A program made the position numbers and the translations under genes. Source: Octopus bimaculoides (taxonomy: Eukaryota). Taken from it: a stretch of DNA of 64,000 nt. The notes under the pieces were generated by a model. The model searched no databases, was not told the origin of the DNA, and worked only from the letters and a program-made list of their open reading frames with translations. The stretch lies in assembly GCF_001194135.2 (NCBI RefSeq), contig NC_068993.1, positions 36,002,198-36,066,197 on the forward strand, in the 5' to 3' direction. Positions 53,978 through 64,000 of this stretch are shown piece after piece (position 1 is the first letter of the stretch; the number at the start of each line of letters is the position of its first letter).

Positions 53978-56135
53978 AATTATTTCAATTTATTTACATA
54001 AATAATGTTCTTGAGAAAAATATGAATGTCACAACTTTTATTTTGTTTCTTCTCTTTAAGATATTCATGGAAGACGTATTGAATTCCTAGGAGTGAAGTA
54101 ATCAGATCTGTTTCGCCGGTCCATTTTAGAGAGGTAAATATAACAATGACTTCTGTAATACACAAGACTGCCACAAATAGTTAGGAGGAAGAAAATTGTC
54201 AAATAAATCGACTTCAGTATCCTGAGATGCCCATATCTAAAAGATCTCGGAGAGATAGAACAAAAAGTAGATTCGACCTTGGCAAGATTTGAACTCAGGA
54301 AGTTAAGCGAACCCTAAATACCACAATGCAGTCACACGACTGTCTAGAAATAGCAAGCAAACTTCCTTCAAATAACACCTCATCGTCTTTGAAAAGAAAA
54401 TCCCCGTGCCTAGAAACAAAATGGTAAAGTCCCTAGCAGAATACATTTGACTAACAACATCTAGCATGAGATTGATGTCCCTTGTGCAGTCACTAACTCT
54501 GCTCGTTTTTTATTGACCAGCACGTCCTGCTATGCACAGCCCTAACTAGCTCAGAAATATAATTACTTGATATATATATATATATATATATATANNNNNN
54601 NNNNNNNNNNNNNNNNNNNNNNNNNNNNNNNNNNNNNNNNNNNNNNNNNNNNNNNNNNNNNNNNNNNNNNNNNNNNNNNNNNNNNNNNNNNNNNNNNNNN
54701 NNNNNNNNNNNNNNNNNNNNNNNNNNNNNNNNNNNNNNNNNNNNNNNNNNNNNNNNNNNNNNNNNNNNNNNNNNNNNNNNNNNNNNNNNNNNNNNNNNNN
54801 NNNNNNNNNNNNNNNNNNNNNGGATAGTATCTATCCAGTATACTGCTGGGAGGGTACAAACCAGATTGGCAAAATAACATAGTCTGCCATAGACACCTGT
54901 GCTTTGGTTCTTTCTTTCTTTTTCTTTCTTCTTTTTTTGTCACTTTTGCTATGAATTAAATTAATGAATTCAACGGGATACATTGTCTGCAAGTAGTTGG
55001 GTTCAGCATATTATCCTCCATTTTCTAATTGTTATATATATATACGGGTCTACTATGTTGTAGCTATTTGTTCACTGACTTGCATAAACTTGCGTCTGTC
55101 CTTACATACTGCCTTCTAAGCGATAAACATACCATCACCTACGCTCAACAACACAGGATATCACTATACTAACCACGAAGCTTTCCATGGACTATATGTT
55201 GAAATATAGATGTTGCTTATTCTACCAACACCTGTAGACTGCACCGAGGGATGTACCACAGCCAGTTGTGCAGTTTCAGACCTGCGAGGGATCGATGCAA
55301 GATGCGTCGAAACGATGGTTGTGAGCAATAAAGTTACTTGTATGTTCCAAAAGTAAAAATTTGACTTTATCTGTTGCATAAGCACAGATATTTGTATATC
55401 GACGCACGCCTTTGCTTCGTATGGATATGTATAAATATCTGTGATTGTTTCTTTGAATATTGTGCTGAGGATGGGATATAAGCTATTTTTTACTTCTTTA
55501 ATCCAGAAATTGGACCCAATACACAATTTACTGTGAAGTTTTATTTTATATCTTTCATTTGCTCGCTCACAACCCATGTTTTGTGGGAGTTATAACAGTG
55601 GCTTTTTAGTGCTTTTGGCGTCTTCTTTCAGCATGTTGGAGAAGATTATTTCCTGATCCTGTTCCCTTTAATATAATTATATAATTATATATTTAATTAT
55701 TAATTTTAGTGTATATATATATATATATATATATATATTTGAAAAGACAACACGAAACCGGTTATTTCTCCAAATATAATGTTTATATACCCAAAAGTTT
55801 TATAACATTTTTCTGACATAACAATTTAAATATATACTTTAACGATATAACACAAGCCTTCTGTAGTTTTTTCACTCTTGTTTATCTTTTATACATCCAA
55901 CCACGTGCTTTCACATACCAACTTTCTCACCTATATATNNNNNNNNNNNNNNNNNNNNNNNNNNNNNNNNNNNNNNNNNNNNNNNNNNNNNNNNNNNNNN
56001 NNNNNNNNNNNNNNATATATATATATATATATATATACAATTAAGATTCAATTGAATTAGGCACTTAAGTTGAGGCACCAAGTCAGTCCGGTATTGTACA
56101 GTATTGTCCACATAGCTCGAAGTTAGGTGAATAAT

Positions 56136-56779
56136 AAGCAAATAAGTAACAAGGATTCCAAGTATTAGTGCATTACGGCCATTTCAAGCGGCTCCATTTA
56201 ATCGATCAATGCAAGTATTACATCAATTTGAAATAAACCGCTCTCCGCGGACGCATAAGACCATATAGGTTTTCAATATACAGGACACTCCATTATAATT
56301 TTTTAGTCAATTTTTCATCGGAACTAGAGAATAAACGAATTACATTGCTTATTGCTATTACTGTAGCAGAATGAACGTAGAGAGAAAACACTTAAAGCCT
56401 ACTATAGTTTAGAGTAGCAAAAGAAAATAACAATGGGGCTCACGAAAGAGTAATGGTGATATAGCTACATTCATCTTTATCCTTATCACAATCAAAAGAT
56501 CCAATGCAGCAAGTATTCTGCATCCCCTTAGAATTAAAACCATTGGGAGTTGGCAGTTAAGTTCTTGATGCTGGTGATAAATTAATTAATGTCAGATACT
56601 GATTTGCTAAAAATTTTATAATGGATTATCCTGTGTGTTGAAAACCTATATGGTCTTATGCGTCCGAGGAGAGCAATTTCTTTCAAATTGATGCAATGCT
56701 TGCATTGATCGATGAAATGGAGCCGCTTGAAATGGCTGTAATGCACTAATACCTGGACATCCTTGTTACTTATTTGCTT
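56136..56779. repeat. long inverted repeat (two ~175-bp arms, ~290-bp spacer)
   Basis: 56136-56312 is the reverse complement of 56603-56779 with few mismatches. Confidence 0.9.
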
Positions 56780-56783
56780 TATA

Positions 56784-56846
<63 letters not shown>

Positions 56847-57194
56847 AAATCTNNNNNNNNNNNNNNNNNNNNNNNNNNNNNNNNNNNNNNNNNNNNNNNN
56901 NNNNNNNNNNNNNNNNNNNNNNNNNNNNNNNNNNNNNNNNNNNNNNNNNNNNNNNNNNNNNNNNNNNNNNNNNNNNNNNNNNNNNNNNNNNNNNNNNNNN
57001 NNNNNNNNNNNNNNNNNNNNNNNNNNNNNNNNNNNNNNNNNNNNNNNNNNNNNNNNNNNNNNNNNNNNNNNNNNNNNNNNNNNNNNNNNNNNNNNNNNNN
57101 NNNNNNNNNNNNNNNNNNNNNNNNNNNNNNNNNNNNNNNNNNNNNNNNNNNNNNNNNNNNNNNNNNNNNNNNNNNATATATATATATATATATA

Positions 57195-57425
57195 CAGTGT
57201 TGGCCAAAGGTCACCAGACAGTAACTCAAAATTCCATATACTATCTGTAATTTTGTATTGACTCGAATGGAAAAATGTGTCGTTCAAGAAGGACTTCGGT
57301 TTGAACCATTCTCATGATGTTTCATATTTAGATGCTTTTATTAAATTAATTCAGTTATTAAACATTAATAAATCTTGGAATTAAATGGTTTTGATTTACT
57401 GTCAGGTGACTTTTGACCAACCCTG
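57195..57425. mobile_element. Tc1/mariner-type MITE, TA-flanked
   Basis: TA|cagtgttggccaaaggtcacc ... ggtgacttttgaccaaccctg|TA. Confidence 0.8.
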
Positions 57426-57735
57426 TATATATATTCTTTTATTCATTTATTCTTTTATATATCTCAGCTCTAAGTTCGTGGCCATGCCGGGGCAACGCCA
57501 GTGTAATCACCTTTTAACTGGCCAATCTTTTGGGGAAGAAGGGAGTTCGACACTGCTGCTCTCTTTTGAGTTTCCTGCCTTAATATTGGTTCAAGAGGTC
57601 AAGTTATTTCTTGAAAACACCTACTCCCATTCCATAGAGATCTCTCAGATGTTTTGGCAATGCGTTAAATAGCTGTGGGCCCTTGAATCTTAAGCTATTG
57701 CACTATGTGGTCCTGACTCTAGATAGAACAAATTT

Positions 57736-58070
57736 ATCATCATCATCATTATCATCATCATTTAACGTACGTGTTCCATGCTAGCATGTATGGAACGGTA
57801 CCACAAAAGCCGGCCAGGCTGAAGCCTGCACCAGATTTCTGTCACTGTTTTGACAGGATTTGTACATCTGGATTCCCTTCCTAACACCAACCACTCAGCA
57901 GAATGGACTTAGTGCTTTTTATGCGGCACAAGCACTGGCGAGGTGAGTAGTGCTTTTTACGTGGCACAAGTACAGGTGAGGTCAGTTTTGGCAACGTTTT
58001 TACAGCTGGACGCCCTTGCGAACACCAACCACTTTACAGTGGGGACTGAGTGCTTTTAAGTGACACCTGC
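57736..58070 (-). mobile_element. RTE-tailed retroelement 3' end with internal tandem duplication
   Basis: Minus strand ends 'gcatggaacacgtacgttaaatgatgatgat' (RTE-type (GAT)n tail); the 'ctgga..ccctt...aacaccaaccact...agtgctttt' segment occurs twice. Confidence 0.7.
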
Positions 58071-58560
58071 ATTATACAGAAACATATAAAGATGGACTTC
58101 CCGTAGAACCAATTTACATGAACGGATCAATCGATTAACACATACGATACGTGCATGAAATTATTACTGTAGTGATATTACTCTATGTCACGTTGTTTCA
58201 TTGTTTCATTAAATTCCCTTGTTTGTCCAGACAAGTCCAATGGAATACACCACTGGAACTGGTCCATATGTTCAACAAAACTCGGATATAGGCATGGATG
58301 GGTGCGTACACATAAATGCCTACATGTATGTGTGATGATATATGTATATGCATGTGTATATACACATCTGTGAATATATGTATTTAGATGATTTTACGTG
58401 CGTATGTGTGTGCACCTATTTACATGCGCAAATGTACATAGAGGCATAAGCACAAGGGCGAAAGTATACACGTGGGTATATAATGGGAACAGGCGAGTAT
58501 GGGCGTATATATGTATCTTTATATATGTATATCTAACCGTATGTTGTGATATATATATAT

Positions 58561-58591
<31 letters not shown>

Positions 58592-59578
58592 GTAATAATA
58601 ATGAGTATATGCAAGGCAAAAACTTTTAAGAGGGTAGGAGGCATTGGAGGAGGTGATTATGAAAAGGTTATAGTGAGACAGATACAGGTGTCTTGCTGTA
58701 GAGGAAGTACAAGGTTACCCAGCTGGAGAGAGGAAGATCATGAATGAAGACAGAAACAGGTGTGCTACCGCAAAGAAATACACAGTTTCTCAACCTGAGG
58801 GAAGTGCAGGACAAAGTGAGAGAGAGAGAGAGTGGGAGACTGCAGGATGGAGATGGTGGGAAAATGCGGGCATACTTACAAGGAGCAGGGATCAGAGTAT
58901 AAATGAAATGGTTGAGCAAAGGAAAAGAGATATAAATAGTGGCAAATGCCAGGGCATACCCTTGAGGTTCAAATGCCATAATATAAGTGATAAGATATTG
59001 CGAAGGGAGTGCGATTAAAGATTGTAAGTAGTGAAAGACCTGGGTATATATAGAGTCGGAGGGGCTACCGGGTAGCAATGATACAGAGGAACAGGGATGT
59101 AAGGACAAGATTGGGGAGTGAGAGCTAGGCAAGGGGTGAGAGCGAGGCAAGGGGTGAGAGCTTGGCATAGTGAATGAAGGAGGAAATGCGAGAAAGAGAA
59201 GAGATGTAGACTGGATTGTAGGGGTAGGGTGAGGAAAAGTTTTCTTGTTACGTGTGNNNNNNNNNNNNNNNNNNNNNNNNNNNNNNNNNNNNNNNNNNNN
59301 NNNNNNNNNNNNNNNNNNNNNNNNNNNNNNNNNNNNNNNNNNNNNNNNNNNNNNNNNNNNNNNNNNNNNNNNNNNNNNNNNNNNNNNNNNNNNNNNNNNN
59401 NNNNNNNNNNNNNNNNNNNNNNNNNNNNNNNNNNNNNNNNNNNNNNNNNNNNNNNNNNNNNNNNNNNNNNNNNNNNNNNNNNNNNNNNNNNNNNNNNNNN
59501 NNNNNNNNNNNNNNNNNNNNNNNNNNNNNNNNNNNNNNNNNNNNNNNNNNNNNNNNNNNNNNNNNNNNNNNNNNNNNN

Positions 59579-59607
<29 letters not shown>

Positions 59608-59609
<2 letters not shown>

Positions 59610-59910
59610 ATGCGCGGGAATTAGTGCTTAGGGTAAACGGCTCACTTCTTAAAGTCGTGAGTTCGATTCCCGGCAGCGTGTTGTGTTCTTAAGCAAGGCA
59701 CTTTATTTCACGTTGCTCTAGTCGACTCACCTGGCAAAAATGAGTTGTACCTGTAATTCAAAGAGCCGGCTTTGTCAAATTCTGTGTCATGCTCAATCTC
59801 CCCGAGAACTACATTAAGGGCACGCGCCACTTCCACGTTAATTTCATTAGCAGGCTGTTCCGTTGATCGGATTAACTGGAACCCTCGTTGTCGTAACCGA
59901 CAGAGTGTCA
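59608..59910 (+). mobile_element. tRNA-derived SINE (family 2 tail)
   Basis: 'gtgagttcgattcccgg' B box; 3' half matches 2670-2856. Confidence 0.85.
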
Positions 59911-60479
59911 TATGTATATATACTGACGTCATATTTAGGAAAAGTTAGGTTCTTCTTTCTCTTCCACTTAACTCTACAGGAACCGGAATAAGGCTCTGAT
60001 TCTGTTGTTTCTTGAGGTCAGTCGAGTGACTGACATTATTATACCACTATCACTGACATAGAGAATGATTCGAATCGCACGTATTTCTAAAGGTTTCCTA
60101 TTTGGATTGAATGTGAAAAGAGATGGAAAACTAGTAATGAAATAATTAGATGGTTTGGGTACTTATGACAAAAAGTCAAAGACATCAAAATCCATAATCT
60201 GTAGAACAAGGTTATATTTTCGTAATGTTTTCTGAAAGAGTGTCTAGACGCAACAGGATGAACAATAAAATCTAGCAAAAACTGAGAGAGCGTCTCCTCG
60301 AGAAGTCAACGACCAGCCATACATGAAGGGGAAATATGGATCACGAGGCTACCTTCCTCTTGAAACACTGTATGAAGACACAATCAGACTTAAATGCTGT
60401 ACCAGATCGGACGGGCTTTGAGATACAAACGACTATACCCTGTGATGTTTATTTAGAATCAATAAATTACTAAAGAATC

Positions 60480-61790
60480 AAATCAAAAGTCAAAGGCATG
60501 CCATCATTTCTTTATGTTTGGCAATTGCAATGCGCAGTCGATTTATTACCCTGGGAAAACGCAACAACTGACTTATGGAATCAAGAGATATTCTTGGAAT
60601 AGTAATGAGATTGATGGACGAAATGTAGAGAATTCATGGCAAATAATTGGCATAAAATATCGTTAAGTGGGAAGGAAAGCAAATCTGAAAGGGTGTAGAT
60701 TTTATGAGGCATGAAAATACCGTCAAGTCAATAATACATTATACACAGATTTGTAGCAGAATATTGCACAACAAAACTGCAATCTAAGCCGTACAACATC
60801 TTAATCAGCCAAATTTATGTACCTGGAAGTGGTTGTAATGATGATGAAATGGAAAAATTTTATGAAAATCAAGAAAAACTGGTAGCAAACAAAACAAGAA
60901 AGAAAAGATATTCTTTTAATTCAAAGTGAATGGCATCGAAAGATTGGATTAGATGTTCATAATACTTGGAAATGAACATTTGGTAAATGTGACATATGGG
61001 GATATCTAACATAAGAAAAGAATTATCAGAATTCGCAAAAGAACGTAAACTAATTTTAGCAAATATGGTACATCAACATAAAATGTTCGAGAACAATAAC
61101 AAGGCTTCCATTTTGAAGAGTGTCTAATAACCAGAGTAATTTTATTCTCTTTCCGTAAAGCTATAAATCGAGTATAAATGGAGCTAATCCATGATTTTTT
61201 ACGCATGCCGATACTGGCAGCGATCACAAAGTTTTAATGAGGGTAATAACAATTACGCTCAAATCGGGAACCAAAATATAAGAATAAAATATGGTCTTGG
61301 AAAAGACGAACATAACAGCAGAATATAAAGCGTATATAGGAGGAAAATTCGCACCTTTTATTGGATGCAAATGTTGGAGAATTATCAGGTGCCTTTGAAG
61401 AAATAATAACAACAGCCGACAGAATTATTGGTTAAAAGAAGAAAGTTAAGAATCCTCTGGATAAATAAAGATGTTTTAATCAGTTGTGATGAAAGGGGAG
61501 ATCTGAAACAGAAACGAAAGAAAGAGCAGAGAAGGAATATAGATTGGTCAGTAAGAAAGTAAAAAAGGGGAATTAAAGCAGTGAAAGAAACTTGGATTAA
61601 AGGAAGATGTGAAGGAATAGAATGCATTGAGCAAATAATGGAAGAAAAGCATAGCAAATAGTTGAAGATCTAACCAAAGTTACCTAAATGTCAAGTTGCT
61701 GAAATTAAATGTGGTAACCTGCTAAGCAAAGCAAATGAAATAACTGATAGATAGAGAATATTCTTTGAACGAATTATACCAAAGCAAGGG
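60480..61790 (+). mobile_element. RTE-clade LINE, APE endonuclease region, heavily degenerate
   Basis: Fragmentary 'QSKPYNILISQIYVPGSGCNDDEMEKFYE', 'KDILLIQ', 'EFAKERKLILAN', 'AEYKAYIGGKFAP', 'PLDK..SCDERG', 'KKGIKAVKETWI'. Confidence 0.8.
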
Positions 61791-61907
61791 TAGATATTAA
61801 CATGCTAACGCATAAGTAATAGAGAGAATAGTGTAGGGAAGTTTACAGACACAAAGTAGGGGTAGATGTTAAGTGGTAAGACGTAACTAATAGAGGGAGA
61901 TAATAAT

Positions 61908-62110
61908 CCTTTCTACTGTAGGCACAAGGCCTGAAATTTGGAGGCAGGAAGCTAGTAGATTACATTAACCCCAGTGCTCAACTCGTGCTTATTTTATTAC
62001 TCTTGAAAGAAAGAAAGGTAAAGTTGTCGTCGGCGGATTTTTGAACTCGAAACGTAAAGCCTGAAGAAACCCCGCCAAGCGTTTTGTTTGGCGTGCTAAC
62101 GAGTCTGACA
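61908..62110 (-). mobile_element. tRNA-derived SINE (family 3)
   Basis: Matches 48196-48408. Confidence 0.82.
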
Positions 62111-62167
62111 GTAATCGATGGATAATATAGATATATATTAGCGACAGAGGCAGTATTGATACCGAGA

Positions 62168-62391
62168 GATATTTATCACCCCTTATGCGTGGATGTTCTG
62201 TAAGAAGAATCTATACTGCAGTACATACATGAGAGAAATTCTCATATTGGTTTTTGGTGCGAAATGCACTTTTCTTTATATCACTAGTAGGGAGATAAAT
62301 TCTCGCCATCTCCAGCACCATTCTCTCATAGTATCTACTGCAGTATAGTTTGTTCTAACAGAACAACCACGTTTTAGTAGGGATAAATATC
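62168..62391. repeat. foldback/MITE-like element with ~70-bp imperfect TIRs
   Basis: 62168-62237 vs the reverse complement of 62321-62391 ('gatatttatc...cgtgg.tgttctgt.aga...ctatactgcagta.atac.atgagagaa'). Confidence 0.8.
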
Positions 62392-63410
62392 ACCTCATGA
62401 AGATAATACTGTAGGGACGTTTACAGCTACAAAGCAGAAGTAATAAACGCGGTAAGATCCATTTCCTTTAACATACAAGAACCCCCGAAATTCACTATAG
62501 AAAATGTTACACAACCAACTACAAAACTAAAATATAACACACACGCACACGTGCCTTCCATACACCTCCCATCCAATACACTTCACACTCTGCACACCTA
62601 CCCACACCACCAATTCTTCCATTTCCCACTAATACATCTTCCACCCACGCATCTAAGAAAACCCAGGGTATGTGACCATGCCTTCATATTGGAAATTGCT
62701 GAAATGTTTTTAGTTACACGCTTGTTGATGATGATGATGATGACCAATTGTCACTTCAGTTTGAATAGAAACCTATAGATTGAGCGCCTCAATTCGCTTC
62801 TCAACCATTCGCAACCAAATCGCTTTGTGTTCAGTCACACTGTGTAGCACCTTGGACAAGCATCTTTTAAAATTGACTCGAGCTAACCAAAACCTTGTAA
62901 ATGAATTTGGCAGAGTATCTCTGTGGACACCCGTCGCGTGGATGTGTGAGTGTGTGTATATGTGCGTCAGTGTGTGTGTGCGTGTGTGTGTGTGTATGTG
63001 TGTGTGCGCGTGTATGTGTGTATGTGTGTGTGTGTTGCTGTTGTTTCAGTCAGCTTCTTGTTACTTTGGAATTTTGTCTGTAAGTTTATAGGGTCTGACA
63101 TGACCATAACAAATGCAACATTAAAAATATTAATCTCTAGTACAGTACTGAGAACTCTTTCCGACATCAACATCAAATGTACATACATATATGTGCTCGT
63201 GTTTGTCTTTCCCTAGCGCTTCATAGCCGATGTTGGTTTGTTTATGTCCCCATAATTCAGTAGTTCTATAGGCCAAAAGAGACCGATAGAATAAGTACAA
63301 GAATTTAAGAAAAAACATAAGTACTGAGGATCAATTTGTTCGACAAAAATCCTTCAAATCAATGCCCCAGCATGGTTGCAGTCCACTGACTGCAAGATAT
63401 ATATATATAC

Positions 63411-63539
63411 AGGTAAGAAGCTTGCTTCCCATCAACATGGTTCCGGGTTCAGTCCCATTGCATGGCACCTTGGACAGGTCTCGGGCCGGCCAAAGCCTTG
63501 TGGGTGGATGTGGTAGACGGAAACTGGAAAAAGCCCATC

Positions 63540-63540
<1 letters not shown>
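63411..63540 (+). mobile_element. SINE (family 4)
   Basis: 'ggtaagaagcttgcttccc...ccgggttcagtcccattgcatggcaccttggac...ccaaagccttgtgggtggat'. Confidence 0.85.
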
Positions 63541-63603
<63 letters not shown>

Positions 63604-64000
63604 NNNNNNNNNNNNNNNNNNNNNNNNNNNNNNNNNNNNNNNNNNNNNNNNNNNNNNNNNNNNNNNNNNNNNNNNNNNNNNNNNNNNNNNNNNNNNNNNN
63701 NNNNNNNNNNNNNNNNNNNNNNNNNNNNNNNNNNNNNNNNNNNNNNNNNNNNNNNNNNNNNNNNNNNNNNNNNNNNNNNNNNNNNNNNNNNNNNNNNNNN
63801 NNNNNNNNNNNNNNNNNNNNNNNNNNNNNNNNNNNNNNNNNNNNNNNNNNNNNNNNNNNNNAAAAGCCTTGGGGCCAATTTCTTCGACTAACACCCTTTA
63901 AAGCGGTGCTCCAGCATGACCGCAATTAAATGACTGAAACAAGTAAAAGAATAAAAGACTATATATAAGCAGGTTGCGGTGAATAGATTGTCGTCCAAAT

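Noticed and set aside
58660-59230. Purine-rich segment with a 17-bp tandem repeat and a 166-aa minus-strand ORF
   Set aside because: Low-complexity composition and no recognisable domain; probably an unclassified repeat, but not supportable from this window

Overview
Animal genomic DNA, AT-rich, with dense (TG)n, (TA)n, (GA)n, (GATA)n and (TAA)n microsatellites and about 15 large N gaps. The SINE/LINE/microsatellite content looks octopus-like (inference). I found no convincing host protein-coding gene, rRNA or intact tRNA; most listed ORFs are microsatellite or gap artefacts. The window is a transposon graveyard: a Tx1/L1-clade LINE (6.7-8.5 kb); four R4/Dong-type RLE retrotransposon fragments lodged in (TAA)n tracts, three stacked head-to-tail (16.8-20.0 kb); a TIR-bounded mariner (33.1-34.1 kb); a Penelope-like element with an inverted arm (39.2-42.0 kb); a pogo/Tigger relic (44.5-46.4 kb); an RTE LINE fragment (60.5-61.8 kb); hAT and Tc1 MITEs; a Helitron-like short element; and many tRNA-derived SINEs. 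The most notable signal is self-cleaving RNA. There are four distinct type I hammerhead ribozyme motifs (1970-2006, 32110-32166, 39778-39827, 53738-53784). Two lie inside unrelated non-coding ~347-bp units with 110-135-bp terminal direct repeats, i.e. retrozyme-like elements. There is also one possible HDV-like remnant (26066-26176). All alignments and folds were done by eye; boundaries are approximate unless a TSD or TIR is given.
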